NCBI GenBank assembly: GCA_963740355.1
Contig: CAVUDW010000003.1
Coordinates: 160,001-224,000, forward strand
DNA from: an uncultured Gemmatimonadaceae bacterium
Lineage (GTDB): Bacteria > Gemmatimonadota > Gemmatimonadetes > Gemmatimonadales > Gemmatimonadaceae
DNA: 64,000 bases
Direction of reading: 5' to 3'
How positions within the stretch are numbered: the stretch's first letter is position 1; each line of letters opens with the position of its first letter. A model generated the notes under the pieces. It was given only the letters and a program-made list of their open reading frames with translations, ran no database searches and was not told the origin of the DNA. Below, piece by piece: positions 48,966-60,318 of the stretch. A program made the translations under genes and the position numbers.

Positions 48966-50880
48966 CTATCGTGTCAGGTAATCCGCGAATGAGGCCTGCA
49001 GCAGAGCACTTCCGCTGCGGAAATGGCCTCGCCCGGCGGCGCTGGACTGCGCGATGACGCGACGGGCCCGTTCATCGAAGACCAACCACCCGGTGGGGTC
49101 GATGAAGGTGAACCCCTCGTTGTACGCAAAATAGGCGAAGCCGCCGGCACCCGGCTGCAGGATGTTCTGTCCCCACCGGAAGCCCTCGGGCGAGACGCCC
49201 AGTTGGCCGAGCAGCGTTGGCGCGACATCCACCGAGGCGCTGATCCTGTGGACCACGGTGTCGCGAACGCGCAGCGCACCACCAACCCAGAGCATGGGAA
49301 TGTGATGCCGATCCGGGACCGACTCCACCGTCCCCGCGACCGGCGATGGCAGCGGGCTGCCGTGATCGGCGATGATCACCACCAGCGTACTGTCCCACCA
49401 CGGCTGCTTCGACGCCAGGTCGAGAAACTGCCCGATGCTGGCATCCGTGTAGTGGTGCGCGTTGAGGAACTTCGTCGACTCGTCGTCACCGGCGAACGCT
49501 GGCGCGACTGGCACCTCGAATGGCTCGTGGCTGCTGAGCGTGAAAAGCGTGGCGAAGAACGGCCGTTGCTCCGCAGACAGCTCCCCCAGTGCGCGCCCGA
49601 GCACCACGTGATCGTGCGCCCCCCACTTCGAGTTGCGATCCGATGGCGCGAATGCCTCGACGCCGGTCACACGGTCGTAGCCGCCGTTGAGCACATAGGC
49701 CTTCATGTTCGCGAAGGCCAGTTCCCCGCCGTAGTAGTACGACGTGTGATACCCGTCACGTCGCATCACCTGCCCCAGTTGCGGCAGGGCGGCGGCCTTT
49801 CTGCGAGCGCGTCATGATCGCCTCGTTCGGCACCGAGGGGAATCCGCTCAGGATCGACACCAGCCCCTGCGCGCTGCGTTCGCCGGAGGCGAACAGCGAA
49901 TCGAACAACACCCCCTGATGTGTCCACCGATCGAACTGCGGCGTCACCTTCGGCCTGCCGCCGAGTCGCGCGACCACCTTGGCCGTGAAACTCTCCCAGA
50001 TGATGAGAATCACGTTCGGCCGCGACACCCGCAACAGGTTCTGCGGCGCGTCATTCGCATGCTGGAACAGGCTATCGACGATCGCGGTGGCATCACTCGC
50101 GCTCAGGACACGATACGGGTTGTCCGTCGGCACCTTCTGCTGCGCCAATGTGGTCGAGAGCAGGTACCACGGCGCGTTCAGGGCGCCACTGTTCGCCATC
50201 TCCGACTGCGAAAAGAAGACGGTGCTTTCGTTGATCGGCGTCCACTGCACACCGCCGCGAATCGGAATGGCGAGCAGCAATCCCGTGAAAAAGGTCGCGA
50301 GGCCGGCCGCGACCGCCTGCACGCCACGCGGACGCTGCAAGCGCTGCTCCGGCGCTCGCATCACGCGCCGGTAGCCCCACCAGGTCGCGAGGATCACCAG
50401 GCCAAGCACACCAAGGAGGGGGCCGAGTGCGATCGACTCCGCCGACGCGTACGCTTCGCGGGGGGTCGCGAGATAGGTCCAGATGGAGGCGTCGAGGCGC
50501 CGCCGCCATGGGCCGAACGTGCCGATGTCGGTGCAGACCACTAGTGCGACGAACACGATCACGAAGGCGGCAAAGCCACGGAGCAATCGACGGGTGACGG
50601 TGGGTGCCAACGCCACGGCGAGCGTGAGGATCAGCCACTGCACCGCAGTCAGGTAGGCGGCCGCGGAGAGGTCCATCCTCGCCCCATAGCCGAAGCTCCG
50701 AAGCACGTCACCGCGTTCGGCCGCCGGTATGACCGCCCAGTGCCAGGCATAGAACAGCGCCCGGGCACCGGCAAACCACACCGTCCAGAACCCGAGCGAC
50801 CGGAGGAGCAGCGCCGCACGCTCACGCCACGCGACGACCCAACCCACCGGGGTCGAGGACGTGGGGCTGGCAACAGTCAC
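48966..50880 (-). pseudogene. LTA-synthase/sulfatase-family membrane protein, split by an apparent extra base at 49798-49800 (possible assembly error)
   Basis: 5' frame: G.RMDLS, NVILIIWESF, RSAQGL. 3' frame: GYHT.YYYGG, TLSSHEPF, YTD, IADHG. Removing one A gives QKAAALPQLGQVMRR. Confidence 0.82.
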
Positions 50881-51009
50881 TGGACTACCGACACACACTT
50901 CACGAGCATCATCACTGCGAGCGTCACGGGGTGCTGGGCTTCTGAATCGGGAACGACACGCCGGAATATAAGTTTCGTGTCCACAGGTTCCTGTCCCCCG
51001 CCCGTTCCC

Positions 51010-52227
51010 ATGCCGATGCCCTCCTGTCGCCCGTTCGCTCGCGCGATCTCGCGCCTCGCTCTCGTCCTGGGGGCATTCGGATCGCTGACTGGATGCGCCG
51101 CAGTACATCGGCCCGCGACCACGATTCCTGCGCTACTCACCGACGCCGACGCCTCGCGGGCTGCGGAACGCTCGCTGCGCGATACGGTCGTGGCACGGCT
51201 GGCGCGCCGCGTGATCACACGTCCCGATCACACCGTGGATGTGCTGCTACTCTCGGGCGGCGGGCAGAACGGCTCGTATGGCGTCGGGTTCATGCGTGGA
51301 TGGCGGACGCGCACCGACCTGCCGATGCCCAAATTTGACCTCATCACCGCGATCAGCACGGGGGCGTTGCAGGCGCCGTTCGCGCTCCTCGGCACGACGG
51401 CGGCGGTCGATACCCTCACCTCGCTCTACCGCAACGCTGCCGACCGCATCGCCCCATCCATCGACTGGTGGTTCTGGCTGCGAAAGACCGGTGGCCTGGT
51501 GAACACGAAGCGCTACGACGCGAGCATCGCCCATGTGGTCGACGCCGCCCTGCGTGATTCATTGCGTGCGCAATTCGCGCAGGATCGGCAGGTCGTATTC
51601 GGCACGACCGACATGGACATCGGCACGGGCCGCACGTGGGACCTGCGCTCGACGCTCGACGGTGGCGACGAGGGATTGGTCCGCACGCGGACGCTGCTCA
51701 AGGCCGCCTCCGCGATTCCGGGAATCTTCCCGCAGGTGGTGTACGAGGGTCACGTGCACTCGGATGGTGGCGTCGTCTCGAACATCCTCACGCTCCTCAC
51801 ATACGACGACTACGCCGCCGTCGTGAAGCGTGTGCGGGCTGCCGGCGTCACGGGACCAGTGACGATCCGGATGTGGCTGATCGTGAACGGGTGGACCACC
51901 GCGGCACCGATGGTGATCGACCCGGCCAGCCGCAAGCAGATCAACCGCCGTTGGAGCAACCTCTCGTTCTACATGCACCAACCGCAGGTGATCGAGGGTC
52001 TTGACTACCTCGCCCGCGCCGCCAGCACCGGGATTCCGGGGCTGTCGATGCAGTTGAAGTGGACCGCCATCCCATCCGAGCTGGCCGTCGATCCAGCGGC
52101 CAGTTCCCTCTTCGACAAGGCGTGGATGCAGCGTCTCGAGGACCTCGGCACACAACGCGCGATTGGCGCTGCGCCGTGGGACACGCTCTATTCGCCGTAC
52201 GTGCGGCCGGTGCCGATCAAGCCCTGA
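51010..52227 (+). CDS. Patatin-like phospholipase lipoprotein
   Basis: Lipobox LTGC, LSGGGQNG, AISTG nucleophile elbow, ASAIPGIF, DGG. Confidence 0.87.
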   Translation: MPMPSCRPFARAISRLALVLGAFGSLTGCAAVHRPATTIPALLTDADASRAAERSLRDTVVARLARRVITRPDHTVDVLLLSGGGQNGSYGVGFMRGWRTRTDLPMPKFDLITAISTGALQAPFALLGTTAAVDTLTSLYRNAADRIAPSIDWWFWLRKTGGLVNTKRYDASIAHVVDAALRDSLRAQFAQDRQVVFGTTDMDIGTGRTWDLRSTLDGGDEGLVRTRTLLKAASAIPGIFPQVVYEGHVHSDGGVVSNILTLLTYDDYAAVVKRVRAAGVTGPVTIRMWLIVNGWTTAAPMVIDPASRKQINRRWSNLSFYMHQPQVIEGLDYLARAASTGIPGLSMQLKWTAIPSELAVDPAASSLFDKAWMQRLEDLGTQRAIGAAPWDTLYSPYVRPVPIKP

Positions 52228-52257
52228 ACAGATGGGTGGCGCAGGTCACCTTGAAGG

Positions 52258-52671
52258 GTGATTGCGAAGCGGGAGGACACGGTCGAGCTTGATGTCCGAC
52301 AGCAGCCTCCGACCTCTGCACAGGACCCGATCGTGGACCAGGACCAGAAGACTCGACTTGGCGGATTGTTCATGATCGTCAGCGGCGCCGTACTCGGCTA
52401 TCTCTCGATCTGGCGCACCTACCAGGAGGCGCTGGCCGGCAGCCAGACGCTGGTGCTGAACCAGACGGGCATCGCCCTGTCGATCCTCTTCCCGCTGATG
52501 GGCATTGTGCTGATCGTCGGCGGCGAATCGGCGATGAATCACCTCAAGGCCAACACCGCCGGCAAGAAGACCAAGCGTGGCTGGGTTTACATCGGCATCC
52601 TCGGTGCCATCGCGCTCGGTGTGTTCTACGTGGTGCAGTCGAAGTTCGAGGCGATGGGCTACCACGTGTGA
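52258..52671 (+). CDS. Hypothetical three-TM membrane protein
   Basis: Three hydrophobic segments. Start uncertain. Confidence 0.6.
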   Translation: MIAKREDTVELDVRQQPPTSAQDPIVDQDQKTRLGGLFMIVSGAVLGYLSIWRTYQEALAGSQTLVLNQTGIALSILFPLMGIVLIVGGESAMNHLKANTAGKKTKRGWVYIGILGAIALGVFYVVQSKFEAMGYHV

Positions 52672-52737
52672 CGACGCGGCGTGAACAGTGTCTCCGTTCA
52701 CGCCGCGTCTGGCACAGAGGTACTGCCAATCGCGAGC

Positions 52738-53880
52738 CTAGCCGGCGCTGGGCAGCGCGTCCGCGGGTGGCACGTCCATCACCCCTTCGGCGGTCTCGAT
52801 GATCAGCTGATCCACGACGGCCTTCAGGTCATTCGTCTTCGCGAAGGTTGCCAGCTGTCGATCGGCACTCGATCCTTCGGCGAGAATCTTGTACGCGTAC
52901 TCGACTTCCTTGCGCGTGCCCAGTTCGTCGACGATGTCCCCAAGGAACCAGTCGAGAAATTCGCGGATCAGCTGCGGCGCGGGAAGTTCGACCTGCTTGC
53001 CGAAGTCGATCAGCTTGCCGCCGAGCCCATATCGCACGGCGCGCCACTTGTTCTCCTCGATCAGGGCTGAGGAGTAGACGCGGAACGTCGTGTTGTCGCG
53101 CCGCATCTTGTAGAGCTTTGCGATCAGTGCCTGCAGGATGGCCGCGATGCACACCGCCTCGTCGACGCGGGTGCAGACATCGCAGACGCGGAATTCGAGC
53201 GTCGGATAAGTGCCATGCGGCCGGATGTCCCACCAGATCTTGTGCGACCCGGGAATCGATCCTGTTTCGACGAGGGTATCGATGTACGAGGTGTAGTCGT
53301 AGTACGAGTTCAGCAGCGGTGGCACACCGGAGCGCGGGAAGGCGCGGAACACGACACTGCGATATGAGCGCAGCCCCGTCTCACGCCCGTACCAGAACGG
53401 CGAACTGCTGGTGAGGCAGAGGATGTGCGGCAGGAAATAGCGCGCCACGTTGCAGGCATCGACGAGGAAGTCCTTGTCCTCGATGCCGATGTGCACATGC
53501 GTACCGAAGATCAGCAGGCGCTGGGCGAGGTCGCCCATGTCATTGCGCGTGCCGAGATAGTGATCGTACGGCGTGATCTCCTGCGTCTGCCAGTTCGCGA
53601 AGGGGTGGGTGCCTGCGGCGGCGATGCGATATCCCTTCTTCGCCGCCAGTTCCATCACGCCCTTGCGCAGCATGACGAGTTCCTTGCGCACCTCGGCCGG
53701 CGTCTGGCAGATGTTGGTGCCCACCTCGATGATCGACTGGTGCAACTCCGGCTTCACCTGCGTCAGCACGCGGTGGTCTTCGGCCAGGAGCTGCGTCACG
53801 TACGACACCAGATCTCGCGAGACCGGGTCGATGATCTGGTACTCTTCCTCGACGCCCAGGGTGAGGGATGGTGCCTTCAT
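52738..53880 (-). CDS. Carboxylate-amine ligase, YbdK/GCS2 family
   Basis: TLGVEEEYQ, GTHPF, FGTHVHIG, SSPFW, WWDIRP, TLEFRVCD. Confidence 0.92.
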   Translation of the reverse strand: MKAPSLTLGVEEEYQIIDPVSRDLVSYVTQLLAEDHRVLTQVKPELHQSIIEVGTNICQTPAEVRKELVMLRKGVMELAAKKGYRIAAAGTHPFANWQTQEITPYDHYLGTRNDMGDLAQRLLIFGTHVHIGIEDKDFLVDACNVARYFLPHILCLTSSSPFWYGRETGLRSYRSVVFRAFPRSGVPPLLNSYYDYTSYIDTLVETGSIPGSHKIWWDIRPHGTYPTLEFRVCDVCTRVDEAVCIAAILQALIAKLYKMRRDNTTFRVYSSALIEENKWRAVRYGLGGKLIDFGKQVELPAPQLIREFLDWFLGDIVDELGTRKEVEYAYKILAEGSSADRQLATFAKTNDLKAVVDQLIIETAEGVMDVPPADALPSAG

Positions 53881-53949
53881 GGGTCGATTCCGGCTGGGGT
53901 GTGGCCTGCAAAGCGGAGGTGCGCCGGCGGCGCCTGCCGCAGAATAGTC

Positions 53950-55319
53950 CTAACGTGGCTGTACAAGAAAGGTGGGCACCGTGGACCCACCGCCCGCCGA
54001 GACGTTGAGCAGTGCGGCCGTCGACAAGCGGCAGAGCCAGCCGTCCGAGTAGGCGCCGTCGCAGAGGAAGGGCGCGGTGTCGTACATGCGGTCGATCACC
54101 TGTGACGCGCCGTCCACCAGCGACGGATATCCCTGCGACGGAATGCCGACCCGTTCCTGTACCACGTACGGATGCTCGACGGCGGTGCGCAGCGCGGCGC
54201 TCCACGTGTCACCATCGACCGTCCACCCGAGCACGATGCCAGCGCCACCGTAATCGTCGTTCGGCTTCAGCACGAAGCGATCGCGGTGCTGGGCCGCATA
54301 CGACAGCAGGTCGATTTGCTCGCCATGAAAGGTCGTGGAGCGTTCCTCGACCACCCGTGTCCACGGGATGCACGACGTCACCGCGGCATGCTGGTCGGCC
54401 GAGAGGAAATGTGCGTTGCGCTCGTCGGTGAGTGCTGCCAGCGATGCCTTCTTGTGCAGGAACTTGCAGCGCGGTGGATTGACCATGCAGACGTTGCCAT
54501 CGCGATAGGCACGGAAGACCGGATGATCGGCGCCACCCCGTTCAGCCAGCTCGTGCAACAGGACGCGCTTGTAGAGCAACGTGACCGGCGTGCCGGCGAA
54601 GGTCAGCGTCGTGCCGTCGTAGGACGCGTCACGCGGATCGACGATCGAGCACGGGATCCCCAGGTGCCGGAAATGCGTCTGGAAAATCTCGAACTCGCTG
54701 GCGGTCGGCACTTCCTTCCAGTCGATGATCCCGATCTGCGGCACTTCGCGAACACCGCGCCAGGCCGCCCATGCGTCGAGCACGGCGCGAATGACACCAT
54801 GCCGCGTCGGGACGGGGATCAGCTCCCAGTCACGTGCAAACCGTCGTGTCACCGGCAGGTCGCTGAACATGTCGGCCAGCGCGTCATTGTAGCCGGCGCC
54901 AGCAGGCGTTTCCGCGTTGTACTCGGTGAGTGAGATCTCGCCCGACTCGTCATTGACGAAATAGTCGAGTCGCGAGGTCGGGCTGGCCGACGGAAATCCG
55001 GGATCGATGTCCACCAATCCCTCCTCCCAGTCGGCGAGCCGGAACTGCTGCCGAACCGTCGGGTCGCTGAGGGCGGCGGCGAGGATCGCATCGAAGGCCG
55101 GCATCAGCCGCCGCGTCAACTGCTGCACGCGATCGTACTGCCAGCGCGTGACGAGCCGCGGGCGCAACACGGTGCAGAGTGGCCGGCCGCCGAAGATCAG
55201 CCCGCGCGAGGCGAGCTGTGAGGTCATCAGCGACGAGGACTCCTGAGCCAGTGCCGAATCGGCCAGGAGGTCATGCCACGCACTGATGGCATTGGTGGCG
55301 GTACTGCCCTGCTCCATCA

Positions 55320-55320
<1 letters not shown>
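53950..55320 (-). CDS. Circularly permuted ATP-grasp ligase (glutathionylspermidine-synthase-like fold)
   Basis: RLD and EYNAETPAG near the N-terminus, YKR, IPWTR, VLKPNDDYGG.G, VVQE. Confidence 0.8.
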
Positions 55321-56264
<944 letters not shown>

Positions 56265-56286
56265 GTGTGCTGCCCTTGTTGGTGAG

Positions 56287-57009
56287 TTAGTCGTGTCCGC
56301 TGACGTACATCCGGATCATCTTTTCCCAGTACGGCCAGTCGTGTGACCAGCCATCCCAGATGCGGAGCGCGTTGCCGACGCCCTTGCTCCACAGCAGCGA
56401 CGAGAACTGCTCGTTGTTGCGACAGCTCGGGTCATCCCGCCCGATGGCCATGATGATGTCGATGCGCCGCATCGCCTCGAGCCGGTTGTGATCCTGCTCG
56501 TGCGCCATGAACGCCATCGGGTTCGCCCAGTAGACATTGTGATCCATGTGTCCACTGGCCTGCCGGCTGATGTCGTACAGGCCGCTGAGGCCGATGATGC
56601 GATTGACGAGGTGCGGGAAGCGCAGCCCGAACGACATCGCGTGGTAGGCCCCGAAGGAGGCACCGGCGGCGATCACGAACGAATTCCGGTTGCGGTGATG
56701 CATGAACGGCATCACCTCATCCTTGATGTACGCGTGGTACTGCAGGTGGCGGTAGGCGCGGGCGCCCGGGTGCCGGCCCTTGTCGTACCAGCTCTCGTGG
56801 TGCACATGATCGACCGAAAAGATCTGCAGCCAGCCGTTGTCGATCTGGTCGCGCAGCACATGCTGCATCTTGCGGTCGGTCCATTCGCGATGGCTGCCGA
56901 GCGAGGTCGGAAACACCAGCATCTTGGCGCCCGCGTGCCCCCACACGTGCAACCCCATCTCCTTGCCGTCCAGTGCCGGGCTCCGCCAGGACTTGTACTC
57001 GTGGTGCAT
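56287..57009 (-). CDS. Alpha/beta-hydrolase esterase
   Basis: GHAG...LVFPT, GASFG nucleophile, SGLYD, HDWPYW. Confidence 0.85.
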   Translation of the reverse strand: MHHEYKSWRSPALDGKEMGLHVWGHAGAKMLVFPTSLGSHREWTDRKMQHVLRDQIDNGWLQIFSVDHVHHESWYDKGRHPGARAYRHLQYHAYIKDEVMPFMHHRNRNSFVIAAGASFGAYHAMSFGLRFPHLVNRIIGLSGLYDISRQASGHMDHNVYWANPMAFMAHEQDHNRLEAMRRIDIIMAIGRDDPSCRNNEQFSSLLWSKGVGNALRIWDGWSHDWPYWEKMIRMYVSGHD

Positions 57010-57830
57010 CAGTTTCTCCTGTCGGACTTGGGAACGGCGAGCAACGCGGGAAGTGCCTTGCGGAACCGGCGACCCCACGCGCTTTCATGGTGCACGCCAA
57101 GCGAATCTTCGACCCACCGCAGCCGTTCCCCGGGCAGGTATCCCTTCTCCACCAGCATGTCACGCATGCGTCGCGCGTTCGCCAGCGTCCGCTCGCCTTC
57201 ACGCGCGCCGATGTCGAGGTAGATGCGCGAGTCGACGAATGGCTGCCCGCGCACCCAGTCGAAGATCGCCCCCTGCGCGAACCAGAGCGACGGGCTCATG
57301 ACGGCCGCGAAACCGTACACATCGCTGCGCGCGAACATCGCATAGAGCGAGAGCAACCCACCCATCGACGAGCCGGCGACGCCGGTATGCTCGCGCGCCG
57401 GCAACGTGCGATACCGGTCGTTGATCACCGGTCGCAGCACATCCGCCATCCAGGTCAGGTAGGTGGCCGCGGCACCGCCGCCGACACGCTCGTCCATGAA
57501 CGGGCTGTACTCGTCGATTCGATGCTGCGACGCATGGTGAACGCCGACGATGATGGCATCGGCGCCCAGCCGCGAGGCCGAGACCAGTTCCTCACCCAGC
57601 CCCCACGAGCCGGCGAACGAGGTCCCTTCCTCGAACAGGTTCTGCCCATCCTGCATGTAGATCACGGGATACCGACGCACTTCCTCGTCATAGGCCCCGG
57701 GCAGGTGCACCACCACGGTGCGCATCTCATCCGGATTCGGGCCGGGGATGTCCGTCACCAGCTGATGACGGCCCGCCTGCGTCCTCGTACGAAACAACCG
57801 CCGCAAGGAGCGGCGCAAACGCGTGGGCAT
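57009..57830 (-). CDS. Alpha/beta-hydrolase esterase (Fes/IroE-like group)
   Basis: YPVIYMQDGQNLF, GSSMGG, SPSLW, HHESAW. Confidence 0.87.
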   Translation of the reverse strand: MPTRLRRSLRRLFRTRTQAGRHQLVTDIPGPNPDEMRTVVVHLPGAYDEEVRRYPVIYMQDGQNLFEEGTSFAGSWGLGEELVSASRLGADAIIVGVHHASQHRIDEYSPFMDERVGGGAAATYLTWMADVLRPVINDRYRTLPAREHTGVAGSSMGGLLSLYAMFARSDVYGFAAVMSPSLWFAQGAIFDWVRGQPFVDSRIYLDIGAREGERTLANARRMRDMLVEKGYLPGERLRWVEDSLGVHHESAWGRRFRKALPALLAVPKSDRRN

Positions 57831-57833
57831 GGA

Positions 57834-59051
57834 TTACGACGCGTAAAGTTGGAGATCGGTGCCGACAGCATCGGCAATCAGGCAGGCCTGCTCGAAGTCC
57901 GGATGACGAACCGTGACATACCCATCGGAAATCAGCGTCAGGATCCAGTCACGCCGCGTCGCACCGACCGGCAGCAGGTCGACGTGCACGATGTGTTCGC
58001 CGAACCGCTGGATCAGCTGTTCGAGGCCAGAGATACGGCGAATGGTGCCGTGCCCCTGTGCGCGCTTGAAGATGTTGACGGTGGTGTACTTCCGCTTCAC
58101 GTCGATCGAGAAGGTGCCCTTCAACTCGGCCTCGGCATAGCCCATGTAGAGGTCAATGTCCGAGACGTAGTTCATGAGGTCCACAGTGCGCGCGCCGGGC
58201 GGGCGGGCCGCGATCTCGCCGAACACCACTTCACCGTCGGACTTCCGGTACCACTCCATGTGGGTGAACGCGTTGCCCGGGTTCATCGCCTTCAGCACGT
58301 CCTCACCCATCTTGCGGCCGCCGGCCACCCAGTCGGTGTCCACGTCGCGCAGGCAGAGCGTCTGCGGGCTGATCCACTCCACCTGACGCGCAACCAGCGG
58401 GCGGGGACGGTAGAAGCCAACGTTGAAGAACTGCATCTCGCCGTTGATGCAGATCGTGTCGAAGGTGAATTCCTCGGCTTCGATGAACTCCTCGATGTTC
58501 ACGTGGTCGATGTGCGGCATGCGCTTGATCGCCGCCTCGAGCTCCTTCGCATCATCGACACGGAATGTGTCCATCGAACCGGCGCCGTCGATCGGCTTGA
58601 TGATCAGCGGATAGCCGATGTACTCGGCCGCCGCGCGAACCTCTGCGGCAGTGGTGGCACCGCGATGCTTCGGCGTCCGGATCCCCGCCGCTGCCACACG
58701 CGCCTTCATGATGTCCTTGTTCCGGAACGCGATGGCGTCGTCGATGCTCATGCCCGGCACGCCGAGGGCGGCGCGAAGCTTGGCCGCCAGCACCACGCCA
58801 GGTTCCCAGAGGCAGATCACGCGATCGAAGGAGAGCTGCGACCAGTGCGCCGTGACTTCCACCACTACCGCGTCTTCCTGGTTCAGCTGCGACGTCTGCA
58901 GGTAGCCGCTGAGGTGGCGTCGCGTCATCTCCGGGAGGTTGCCAACCGGGACGTCACTGATGCCGTACACGTTGGCGCCGTAGGTGGACAACCCGCGGCA
59001 GAAGAGCGGCATTTCGTCGGGATACCCCGGCGCAATCATCAACACGTTCAT
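57834..59051 (-). CDS. ATP-grasp domain ligase (paralog B)
   Basis: FRNKDIMK, YPLIIKPIDGAGS, IEEFI, THMEW, EIAARPPG. Confidence 0.87.
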   Translation of the reverse strand: MNVLMIAPGYPDEMPLFCRGLSTYGANVYGISDVPVGNLPEMTRRHLSGYLQTSQLNQEDAVVVEVTAHWSQLSFDRVICLWEPGVVLAAKLRAALGVPGMSIDDAIAFRNKDIMKARVAAAGIRTPKHRGATTAAEVRAAAEYIGYPLIIKPIDGAGSMDTFRVDDAKELEAAIKRMPHIDHVNIEEFIEAEEFTFDTICINGEMQFFNVGFYRPRPLVARQVEWISPQTLCLRDVDTDWVAGGRKMGEDVLKAMNPGNAFTHMEWYRKSDGEVVFGEIAARPPGARTVDLMNYVSDIDLYMGYAEAELKGTFSIDVKRKYTTVNIFKRAQGHGTIRRISGLEQLIQRFGEHIVHVDLLPVGATRRDWILTLISDGYVTVRHPDFEQACLIADAVGTDLQLYAS

Positions 59052-59097
59052 TCAGCACCCCTTGCAGAAGCGTTCCGTCGCAAGCACGACCGCGTGC

Positions 59098-60318
59098 CTA
59101 TCCAAGTTCCACGTGCACCAATTCCACGACGCGCCGGATCGCACGCTCAACGACCGCCGTCTCCGGGTGACGGAGGATGATGTAGCCATCGCCCTCGTAC
59201 GTCGCCGCCGGCGGCTGGCCGATCTCCGGCAGCTTCACGTCACAGACCATCGCACCGACTTCCTCGTGCACGCGGTCGATGCCGCGCACATGCCGCACCA
59301 CGCCACTCCCCTGCCCCCGCAAGAACGCCGCAGCCACCGCGTACTTCCGCTCCGGCGGCGTGAATTCACCATACACCATCAGGTTCGCCCACGCACCTAC
59401 GAAATCGACATCGTTGGCGCGGCTGATCAGCGTCGTGATCTGCGCACCGGGCGGTCGCGCCGCCACCTCTGAAATAGCCACGCTGCCATCGGCACGCCGG
59501 AACCATTCCATGTGCGTCAGGCCGGTGGTCTGGCCCAGCGCGGTCAGTGCTTGTACCGCCGCATCCTTGATGTCATCGAACATCGGATGGTCCACCTCGC
59601 GCGGCAGCACCACCACCCATTGAATCCACGGATTCCGCAGCACTTCCAGCGGCGTGGGGTGATAGTGCGTGAGCGAGTGCCAGACCGCCTTACCGTCGAT
59701 CGAAACCGTCTCGAACGAGTGTTCGGAGCCGGTGATGAATTCCTCCAGCATCAGCGGCGACGCCACCGACGGTCGCGTCATGTCGAGCGCCTCGCTCAAC
59801 GCCTGTGCATCGTCGACCCGATACGTGGACTGCGCGCCGGCACCAGCCAATGGCTTCAGCACCAGCGGAAATCCCACCCGCTCGGCGAAGGCAATCGCAT
59901 CCACGTACTTCACCACCAACGCATGTTTCGCACACGGCAGGCCGCTGGCGCGCAGCACATCCTTCATCCGCGACTTGTCGCGGAAGTTGAGCGCAGCCTC
60001 CACTGGCAGGCCTGGAATGCCCATCGACTCGCGCACCTGAGCCAGCGGCACCTGCAACTGCTCGTAGGCACCGAACAGGCGCTCCACGCCACCGATCCGT
60101 GCTGCGACCTGCTCCACGGCGTGCCGCAACTGTGCCAGGTCCAGCACGTCATCGACACGCCAATGCTGCACGATCACGTCGCGCGTGGCCGGCGCGGCAT
60201 GCTCGACCCAATCCGAACTGATCACGCCGAGCTGCACACCAGGCAGCGCGCCGATCGCCTCCACCATCCTCGACGCGTTGTCCGAGAGACGCGGCGCGAC
60301 GAAGATCACCGGGATCAC
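59098..60318 (-). CDS. ATP-grasp domain ligase (paralog A)
   Basis: FRDKSRMK, FPLVLKPLAGAGA, LEEFITG.E, THMEW, EVAARPPG. Confidence 0.87.
   Translation of the reverse strand: MIPVIFVAPRLSDNASRMVEAIGALPGVQLGVISSDWVEHAAPATRDVIVQHWRVDDVLDLAQLRHAVEQVAARIGGVERLFGAYEQLQVPLAQVRESMGIPGLPVEAALNFRDKSRMKDVLRASGLPCAKHALVVKYVDAIAFAERVGFPLVLKPLAGAGAQSTYRVDDAQALSEALDMTRPSVASPLMLEEFITGSEHSFETVSIDGKAVWHSLTHYHPTPLEVLRNPWIQWVVVLPREVDHPMFDDIKDAAVQALTALGQTTGLTHMEWFRRADGSVAISEVAARPPGAQITTLISRANDVDFVGAWANLMVYGEFTPPERKYAVAAAFLRGQGSGVVRHVRGIDRVHEEVGAMVCDVKLPEIGQPPAATYEGDGYIILRHPETAVVERAIRRVVELVHVELG

Noticed and set aside
56973..59180. 735-aa plus-strand ORF
   Set aside because: Antisense to the well-supported esterase and ATP-grasp genes, with an unnatural Arg/His-rich composition.
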